A DNA stretch of 49,896 nucleotides, the filler included, from Streblomastix strix (Eukaryota), in NCBI GenBank assembly GCA_008636045.1. It is 2 parts of 2 records of this genome, joined end to end, with 100 filler letters (N's around TTAATTAATTAA, not from the genome) between each part and the next. Parts side by side here need not be neighbours in the genome. Positions count along the whole stretch, not along the records: positions 25,044 to 49,896 come from SNRW01000222.1; 1 more part is not named here. One strand, written 5' to 3'. The translations under genes and the position numbers were made by a program. The notes beneath the pieces are model-generated. The model had not been told where the DNA came from. It saw only the letters and a program-made list of their open reading frames with translations, and did no database searches. Positions 41,701 through 49,896 of this stretch are shown piece by piece. Positions within the stretch are counted from its first letter, which is position 1, and each line of letters opens with the position of its first letter.

Positions 41701-41977
41701 TGTGGAAAATATTGACTAAGATGATATCGTAGACAAGTTCGATTCTTGATATTAACTCTTTATGAGTAAATTAAAAATAAAAGCCGGGTGAAATTATCAA
41801 ATTCAATAATAATTTTGAATAAATGAAATAAATGTGTAATATAATACAAAATTTTAAAAATGATAGATCCGACAAGTCAAAATATAAAAGAAAAAAGTAA
41901 ATCGTTCATACTCGTTCACTCTACTTCGAACGTTGCGATGAAGAAGTCAATGATGATTTTTCAATGATTTGACTCAT
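32754..41977 (-). CDS. Large multi-exon uncharacterised protein with putative C2-like beta domains and a C-terminal coiled coil
   Basis: ATG 41977 (MSQIIEKSSLTSSSQR) and about 16 GT-AG introns. Beta-rich segments FQLRVKVTCVDID/HTCTPFLALS...LFDFII...LNFMLIN...IAGVSQINI and LIVRVRATDAK...YFYEEFDIV...PLVVSLIQ...TVAIPV resemble C2 domains. The last exon (about 34355-32754) is E/K/Q/R-rich coiled coil ending at TGA 32756-32754. This could be more than one gene. Confidence 0.6.
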
Positions 41978-42167
41978 AGCAAATGTTATTCCGGGATATG
42001 CAATAACTAAAAAAATATGAGAATTATACTACCGTTTTTCTCACTTTTAAAGTTTTAATTTCGATTAAGATTTGATTTAAATGATCATTTTTTATACAAT
42101 TTTATTATTATAATATATATTTTTTAAAAGCTATATTTTAAATTAACTAATTTATTTTTGGTTTTAA

Positions 42168-43200
42168 ATGATATAGAAATTTCCAGCTGATAGAGATCTT
42201 TCATAAATCAATTAATTTCAACCTAGATATATTATTATTTGTAATTTGTGAAGAATAAATGTAGTTCTTCATCTGCATTATAAAATGATACTTATTAACT
42301 TTTCATTGTTAATGAATCATCTTTAGTTTACGCAGACAAGTTATATATAAATTATGTATCAGCTAGCAATTTTGCGCTAAAAATAAAGACTGATGGTATA
42401 TTAGTAGTTCATGATCTATACATTATTAATTTTGATTTTATTACTTAGATTAATTAGTTGAATAATGAGGTTAATTAAATATAATAGGAATAAGGTTAAA
42501 CATCTTAGGATATAACTAACATAAATTAATCAATCACATTAATATAGCAATAGTTAGCTCGACAGACTCATTTTAGGGGATATTATCTACTTAACGCAGA
42601 TATAATTAATCTAACCTCTAGTGCTATGGGTGACTTTGCCTTTAGTATAGAGAGTGGTACAGTTACAGCAGAAATTAGTACATCATATGGTAGAGGAGAT
42701 CATATACATCTCCATTAATTGACATATGAAGGAAATGATACAGCGACAAAATTTATTAAACAGGTGGAACAGATAATGAAATATTATTTGGTGATCGGAC
42801 AACTAAAAAAGTTGTTTTAGCAAGTAAATTATCCCAAATTATTGAACACCAATAATATATTAAATTATGTACGTTTATTGCTTTAAATTCTACTTCTGAT
42901 AAATCAATAGAATTCAAAATATGTACTAGAAGCGGATTTGGAAAAATATAATTTAATTAACATTGGACTAAAGCTATAGGGATAGATAATTATTAAAATA
43001 AGGTTACTCCATCGTTATCTTATGGTTTGAATAGCAAATGGATAATTTATTTTGGAACTGGTTTAAATCTATGATATGCCTACAACTTCACGAATTGGAT
43101 TAATTTATACAGAACCATTTTGTGTATTTGGAAATAATTAGTATATAAGGCTATATCCTGTAGGTTATGTCTTATTCATAAACCGACATTTAAGTGATTA
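42168..43200 (+). pseudogene. Frameshifted phage-tail-fibre-like / virion fibre protein gene
   Basis: Fragments read NFALKIKTDGILVV, HFRGYYLLNADIINLTSSAMGDFAFSIESGT and TAEISTSYGRGDHIH (about 42665-42709). ATKFIK is followed by a frameshift to TGGTDNEILFGD (about 42750-42795), then QYIKLCTFIA. The R-x-D-H-x-H and F-x-K-x-GGT motifs recall phage tail-fibre repeats. Several frameshifts and TGA stops are present. Confidence 0.55.
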
Positions 43201-43860
43201 TAGTTTATAAAGTTATAAAATTAAGTGAATTACAAGCTGTTTAGTAAAAAAAATTTCAAATCTCAATTAAGCCATAATTGGAAAAGTAAAGTTTAACTTA
43301 TATAATTTAATTTAAATATAAAATATATTAATATATATATAAGAAATCATAAATGAATTAATATGAGTGATTGGAGTGTATAAATTTCTAGAAAATTACT
43401 TTTATGTTTGCTACATAGTTACCTGGTTAAAATATATAAATTTCTAAAAAAAGTTTATATAAAATTAAATATTCACAAAAATCATTTAAATTATATAAAA
43501 TAAATTATTGTATGTTGATATGCTACTATCCAATTTTAAAATCTATCGCTCAACATCGAAGTACTTTTATTTTCTTTTATTGATAGAATTTTAAACGAAT
43601 TATTGTAACATACTTAAAAGCAATTAAATTATTAATTTATATATCAATTCATTAAATTTTATAAAATTAAGCTAAAATCATTATTTTATCTTTTTTGCCT
43701 TTAAAATCGAATATTAATTTGAGTTGCTATAATTTATATCAATAATTATATAACTATGATCGCAACATACTAGCATCCAAAAAAGATTTCTTGATTTTTT
43801 AAAAAAAAGAGGAGCTAAAAACCTGTTTCATATTTTTTTTATTTTTGAATATTTTTTCAT

Positions 43861-44802
43861 ATGTTAATGAAATAAGAATTAAAATATACGACCTATAATG
43901 ATCCTATTATCATAACACGAAATAGTGATAGCTGGGTTAATGTAAGTTAGATGATGATGCCGATAACTTATAAATTTGAAAACAGATTAATCGAACTATA
44001 AGATTACAAAGCATTTATCAAATATTGTAATTACATACGATAAAAATATTGCGTAAATATATCAAAACTATTCGAAAATAATTAACAATGTGATAAAGGA
44101 CTACTTGAATGGTATGTTCATCCTAATCTAGTTGTACCGATCGCAATTAAATTAAAATTATCTCATACACTAGATATTGTCTAATTTCTGTAATAAAATA
44201 AGTACGATAATTGGAAATAAGAAAATATAAATAATTTAAATGAAAAATTAAATTAATAAATATGTGAATATTTAAATATAAATACCAACATTGTTAATTA
44301 TATGTATTAAAATAAATTCAATGAACAATTAATTAACGGTATAAATGTTATCTTAAGTAAATGATGAATATTTTCCATATGAAATTATAACACATTAAAG
44401 AATAAAATATAGTACAATTAAATGATTAAGTAGTTGAAAGATTAACTAATGATATCGAGCAAATTATCAACACGAATGGTATATGAATAATACAAATAAG
44501 CGTTCATATTGATTTTAAACGTACATGATTTCTCAGGTAATAAAATTACATTTGAGATGCGACGAATATGTAAAAATAATAAGAAAGAAAGATAATTAAA
44601 ATAATTTAAATAATAAGCCATAAAAGTATGTGATAATCTATCTGTTGTAGTAACTTAATATCATGAGATATAATAATCTTTATTAATTTATTATGAAATA
44701 ACATTCCGGTATAATAAATTTTCCATATAATACGATGAAAATGTAATTGAAGATGTAGTTAATATAATAAGAGATACAATTGATAGTGCATGTGATATAT
44801 GA
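43861..44802 (+). pseudogene. KilA-N domain DNA-binding protein gene with in-frame TGA interruptions
   Basis: ATG 43861. IIITRNSDSWVNVSQM and WYVHPNLVVPIA match the KilA-N signatures (GYINATKL-like and YVHP-L). The frame is open to TGA 44362-44364, with two more TGAs within 20 nt. The same frame then continues through a coiled coil and AFILILNV...FEMRRI to TGA 44800-44802. Confidence 0.75.
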
Positions 44803-44825
44803 TTTGTTTTTCTTTATATTTGGAA

Positions 44826-45878
44826 ATGTTTATTACCGATAAGGTTAATAGACTAATTAATAAATTAACGCTAAAAGAATTCATTAATAATATAGATTAT
44901 CAGTCTATTAAACACTTTAATTAGAATGATTAGATTGAAGGTAAATCTATTGAGTAAGGGTATAAATTATACGTAGAAGAATATAACTCTAAAAATTTAT
45001 AAAAATAACGGAAGGATTAACCATAACATATTTAATGGTAATATATACCTAATGAAAAAATCAAAGACTATTAGCTCAAACAATTAGCGAAATATTAACA
45101 ACCATATTTTTCCACTCAATTAGCTTCATGGGAAATGGATATATTTTTCTTCAAACAGTTAATATTCCTATTTATTATCAAAGTTAATACAAAGTATCTA
45201 ATTATTTATCCTTTTCGCACAAAAGTGAAATAGTCACTAATCCCAGTTCTAGAGTAGCTAATATAATCCTAGTACGTGACAAATATTAGATCAGATGGTG
45301 AATCTTCATTTGAGACTAAATATATAAGAGCACTATTAATAAAACTTAATATATAACACTTCAATAATAAGTCACCATTTACGAATTAAAAAAGAGTAGT
45401 CGACAGTATTATCCGTTATATAAGAAATAAATTGATAAATTTGCAAGTTACTAATATTAAATTAAAATAAGTTGCTGATAAATATAATAACTCAAAACAT
45501 GCTGCTTTTAATAATAAAAATACATCCTAATAAGATAATAAATCCAGAGACTTAGAATGAAGTTATATTCGATAAAAATAACAAAAAGTTGATGTTAAAA
45601 TTAGTTTATAGCGAAAAGAGGGACTGCCAAATTTGAATGTAGGTAGAATAACAATGATTCATCTTGACATAACTAAAACAAAACATTAATCTGATAAATT
45701 ATGTATATAATTTATTGAATTGGCTACATTTATTCGCAAAAATCACGGAAATGTTGTGTGTAAAATATTGAAACCATATAAAGATATTGAGTAAATAGAT
45801 ATACCATCATACTTTGCTAAATTTGTAAGTGATGATATAGATTAACTCGAAGATAAATACAAAAAGTAATTTTTATGA
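44826..45878 (+). pseudogene. Retroviral-type (rve, DDE) integrase of the Polinton/Maverick kind, with one internal TGA
   Basis: 350-codon frame from ATG 44826. Motifs are PYFS-SWEMDIFF (first Asp), LFIIKVNTKYLIIYP, TNIRSDGESSF (second Asp), RVVDSIIRYIR (acidic residue at the Glu position) and YNNSKHAAF. Internal TGA at 45558-45560 and terminal TGA at 45876-45878. Confidence 0.82.
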
Positions 45879-45940
45879 ATTTTTTATTTTTAATTTAAAA
45901 TATAAATAAATAAAATATATAATTAAAATAAATAGGTGAA

Positions 45941-46264
45941 ATGATTGAAGAAAATGATGGCAACTTTGCCACCGAAGGTAATAAAGTGATTAATGAAAAC
46001 ATTGATGCTTATAAAGTGAAAGGTAGACCTAAGAAGTATTTAAATACCGAAGAAGCTAAAGAGAATGCTAAGGAACAGCGAAAATAATTCAAATTACAGC
46101 AGAGATAAAAAGTGATATAATTTCGCAAAGAAGTGATAACCAAGCAATTGGATATACCAAAATTACTTAATAAATATTTACTTGAATAAGAAGGTATAGA
46201 TAGTATAATAACTATTCAGGAAAATAAAAAAAATGGAAATCATTTCTTTCGAATATATTTTTGA
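45941..46264 (+). CDS. Small basic protein with an AT-hook-like GRPKKY motif and a helical tail (107 aa)
   Basis: ATG 45941 to TGA 46262-46264 is open with TAR=Gln. It contains KVKGRPKKYLNTEEAKENAKEQRKQFK and lies 62 bp after the integrase. Confidence 0.6.
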
Positions 46265-46279
46265 AATTTTAATGTCTTT

Positions 46280-46630
46280 TCCAGCTCTATAGTCATAATT
46301 TAATTTTTCCCCTTCGCTGTTATATTGATAAGTTACTATTTATTTAATTTAACTTTAGCTTATCTAAGAACAGTTTATGCTTCATTTGTGAACCATCAGA
46401 ATGTTCTATCAGGAAATTGCTATTTATTGAAATATGCGCTAATTGGTTATTTTCCCCAACCGGTAGAACCAACTATATATTTTAACCTATTTATTACTTC
46501 ATCATTAGCTTCTTATAAAGCTTCTCCCTTTTAATCTAAAGATTTAATATATTACATCTGTTATTCATCAAAATAGCTTAACTATTAGCGAAACAATTAT
46601 TTTGATTGATAATTTTTTGATTTATCATAG
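46280..46630 (-). pseudogene. Degenerate ORF of unknown function, probably part of the viral element
   Basis: The minus frame reads DEQQMQYIKSLDQKGEALQEANDEVINRLKYIVGSTGWGKQPISAYFNKQQFPDRTF*WFTNEAQTVLRQAKVKL with one TGA. Start and end are unclear. Confidence 0.35.
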
Positions 46631-46969
46631 TTTTTTTTCCTTTTACCGAATTGAGAAATACTTGAACATTCAGATATGTTCACTGATTGAGGGTTATTAC
46701 TATAACATATTTATTCTGATTAGGAATATTTCTGTATATTATTATATATATGTTCTTGTAAAGCGTCTGCTAGTGGCAAAGAAGTGGTAGGTTATCATTT
46801 TTCATCTATTTATTATAATATATTCACACAGTCTTTCGGAGCTGTTTCACCAATCTATTTTAATTAAATGTCAGGATTCAGTGGTAGTGCAATACAACCC
46901 ATTTAATTTCTTGGCTAACTTCACCCGCAAAACTTCGCGGTCAACTCATTAGTATAATATTTCTAATAG

Positions 46970-48012
46970 TACATACCAATTACTCTTTTGAAGAGTCCGT
47001 AGTGAGCACCACTTCTGGTTCTACGAAATTCAGGGGAACTGGCGAATTAACTCGAACTGCTTTACTTCACCAATTGACTTCTGAGAGAGTCGATCTATTT
47101 ATCCACATCTGACTTGCCCAATTCCTAGCATTAACTGCTTATTATTTCAGTTTATTCATTTTCCTAGAATATTGGCCTCCTCTCTTAATTTGTGATCGGT
47201 GGAAATTTAACTTCTCTATCAAACTCGTTAAACATTTAATTCTAACTTTCGTCGCATGCTCGATCGACGTCCACCACTTAGATAACAGTGGCAGAATCTC
47301 TACTCATTTGGCTTTAATCATGTTCAACAGATTGCATTTAGTATCCAGGAACCAACCCATATACTGAAATTACTGAGTCGGGTTAAGAATTGACTTCTCA
47401 CTCGAGATCTTGCACCCGAATCTTTCCAATATTGCAACGATTTCTACTGCTTTCGACTGAATATATTCTTTAGATTCGCCTAGAAACACTAGATATTCGC
47501 AATAGGACACCCATCGAACTTAAAACGTTTGCCTGATGAATTCCATAACAGGACGCATGGTTTTATGAAACACTATATTGCTACAAGCACTCTCCAAATC
47601 TTTTTTAATCGCCCAATCGTTAAGTTTGATCAATTCTTGAAGAGTGTGCAATATCCTCCATCTAAAAATGATTACTACAATAATACTGGTTGAGAGAAGA
47701 ACAATTCTTGATTTTTCGCCATTTCCCTTTACTTTTTTTAGGAATAGCGAAAATCGGGTTTATTCACTTTGATTCCTTTTCTTTAACTACAATAATTATA
47801 TTATCCAATAACTCTTTGTTTATTAAACTTTATATCACTGTCATTTATAGGTGACTATGACTTTATATTGGTGTGAATCTGTCTGCTTACAACCAATTTG
47901 GGCTCTCTTAGTACTGTCAATCTGCCCCAATTCATAGTTTTATGATTTATGAAGCTCCTATGTCTTCCAATGCATCTAAATGTTTAATGAGGCTACATCC
48001 TACGGGTTCTTT
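46970..48012 (-). pseudogene. Reverse transcriptase / RNase H relic of DIRS type
   Basis: EPVGCSLIKHLDAL (PVGGRL-like), NPIFAIPKKSKGKWRKIKNCSSLN and HFQMED are followed by a frameshift, then DWAIKKDLESA. The xPFG motif is missing. VRWVSYCEYLVFL has YxDD decayed to YCEY (about 47493-47504). Next come RFGCKISSEKSILNPTQQFQYMGW and VVLTTDSS (RNase H TDAS). Multiple TGA stops. Confidence 0.85.
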
Positions 48013-48799
48013 TTGATGAATTAAGTTCTGGTTTTATTATTAATCTTATTTGTTTTACAATTTATTAATATAAGCGATCTGATTGACTATCTAGTAATTA
48101 TGATAATTAATCTGAAAATGTGAATGGAGTTATATTGAATGAAATTAGTGAATTGTGCTTTAAGTCGACTGATCTTCAATTTGAATTAGATTGAGAGGGA
48201 TGTATTTATCTTTGTTTACTAGTAAGTAATTAATTTAATTCAAATTTGTTGAATCTAAAGTATTAAGTTAATTATTATCTTTCGGAAGTATTCCTGATTA
48301 ACTTTCCTAACAATAATCTTCTTTAATATTACTATAAATATTACTATAATATAGATGAAGTGGAATTAAGGTTGAGTGATAATTTAGGCTTAAATTACGT
48401 TACTGGAAACTGGTAAAGGACTGATTTGTATTGAGCGATGGACTGTTATGCAAAGTTTCTTTTTTTATTGCTTAAGAATGAAGAATCCTCACTATTTGTT
48501 ATTAAAACTTAGGGTTGGTGCAATTAATATCTTAAGTTTAGCTTCTATTATTATTATTTCTATTAGAAATTCAAAATAAATTCCATTTACTCAACATTAA
48601 TGAATTATTTTGACGAGGAACGGATGAAACTATCACATTACACTAATTGGTTAGTTGTTATTGATTAATGTGAATTTGAATTTGATTGTTTTGCGGAACG
48701 TATCGCTAGTTGGCATTACGACTCAGCGAGTGAATACATTAATTAGTAACGTTAATCACAACCTTTTATTGATTCTGATTTACCAACATCAAAAATGAT

Positions 48800-49736
48800 C
48801 CACCTTCCCCACCGATTCGTCTTTATTCTTCAATAATTGACTTTGAATATTGCTATTCCATCTGTTATGGAATTTAAAACCTTTTTGTTTTCCTAATCCT
48901 ACCCCCCTTTGCCTTGGAAATCCCAATATTTACCTCTAACTATTCTGATTCTATGTTAAACGCTCTGATGAATTAAATCTGTTACTATCAGAGATGGGAA
49001 GGTTAAAATTTTTCTTCTTTATCTTTCGTTGTTCATTCATTTTTTGTTTTGTGGTTTCAGAAAGTATCTCTGACTTATCCGGCTTTACAAAGGTACCTCC
49101 AGTTGTTTGCTCTCTAATTCTTTATGCATCACTTGTTGCTAACAAAGCTAATTTATAGCCATCCACCAACTTATCCATTAAATGTTCATTTCTTCCTAAA
49201 GCTATCTGGTACATTAAATCTAAAAACACATGCTGCAACGCTTCGGTATCCTCAACTGTATTTCTTTTAGCTACAAGTTTCCCTCCATAAGTCGACAGGT
49301 ACACGTACGGTACCTTCCACAGTCTGTTTCCTAACTTCCATTTAACTTTATCTAGCAGAATCTTCCTTTCCATTGGCATCATAGCAAATATTTTGGGATC
49401 AAAACTCTTCATTTCAGCACAATAAATCTCTTCTAACATTTGATCTAACTTATTTGCAGCAATTTCTTCATCCTATGACTAATAACAGGCGTATTTCTTC
49501 AATTCTTCTTCGAACTGACTTTAAAACTGATTCACACTTGAGGTTTAAACTAAAAATGGCTATTAGGGCGTTGACAGAGTAAGCAACTATTAATGGAAAG
49601 GCGGAAAAGCATGCTATTAATGCAGAATTTTTGAAATCTGTGAATATTCGAGGTTTTCTTCATCAATTCTTCTGCGTTTGACTTTAGACATAACTGCGTC
49701 GATAGACTGTGCAGCATTACTCTTATTTAAACTCAT
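48800..49736 (-). CDS. Gag-like ORF1 of the DIRS-like element (3' end approximate)
   Basis: ATG 49736 (MSLNKSNAAQSID) is in frame with track ORF 49122..49439. It continues through TAA=Gln (LLATSDAQRIREQ...EILSETTKQKM) into an R/G/K-rich stretch (GFPRQRGVGLGKQKGFKF), directly upstream of the RT on the same strand. Confidence 0.6.
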
Positions 49737-49896
49737 ATGGAGCTGAGTTTTAAGTTTTCCACTTTTCCGGTAACTAGCATTCACACTATTAAAAAAAATT
49801 ACAACATATAAAATTATGAAACATTGACTTGATCAAAAAAAAATATTATAGATCGTTCTTGAGAAACCCTCGTTTTAAAACTAAATAAAAATTTTT

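Larger units (their letters stand above)
42168..46630 (+). mobile_element. Degraded Polinton/Maverick-like endogenous viral element (partial)
   Basis: Cluster of intronless ORFs and pseudo-ORFs: fibre-like gene, KilA-N gene, rve integrase, GRPKKY protein and a further minus-strand relic. No pPolB, capsid, packaging ATPase or TIR was recognised in the window. Boundaries are approximate. Confidence 0.7.
46750..49736 (-). mobile_element. Degenerate DIRS-like (tyrosine-recombinase-class) retrotransposon, 3'-truncated
   Basis: A gag-like ORF is followed by RT and the start of RNase H with DIRS-type motifs. No protease motif is seen, and the YR gene is not visible. Confidence 0.75.

Noticed and set aside
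42000..42170. Terminal inverted repeat or target-site duplication for the Polinton-like element
   Set aside because: I could not find a matching inverted partner or an AG-repeat terminus by eye, so the element ends remain undefined.
44362..45560. In-frame TGA as selenocysteine or programmed readthrough in the KilA-N and integrase genes
   Set aside because: There is no Cys-equivalent context or recognisable SECIS, and neighbouring ORFs carry frameshifts, so decay is the simpler explanation.

Overview
Very AT-rich, intron-containing eukaryotic DNA that reads sensibly only if TAA/TAG encode Gln and TGA is the sole stop (translation table 6). The supplied standard-code ORF track is therefore mostly fragments or antisense shadows. 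The code, a probable [FeFe]-hydrogenase C-terminus and the gene families suggest an anaerobic metamonad such as the oxymonad Streblomastix (inference). The window is two sequences joined by an artificial N44-TTAATTAATTAA-N44 linker at 24944-25043. The left part holds a hydrogenase-like 3' end, an RCC1-like gene (-), an LRR gene (+), a very large TTLL4-like tubulin glutamylase (+), an intronless helical-repeat gene (+) and a TKL kinase (-, 5' truncated). The right part holds a PTB/hnRNP-L-like RRM gene, a 25-bp minisatellite, a type I surface protein with 11 Cys-rich DPRAG repeats (-) and a large C2-like/coiled-coil gene (-). It ends in about 7.6 kb of mobile DNA. The first part is a decaying Polinton/Maverick-like element (phage-tail-fibre-like gene, KilA-N gene, rve integrase, GRPKKY protein), all written in the host's reassigned code. 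Directly adjacent is a degenerate DIRS-like retrotransposon (gag-like ORF, RT, RNase H). All translations and splice models were made by eye, so internal exon boundaries are approximate.
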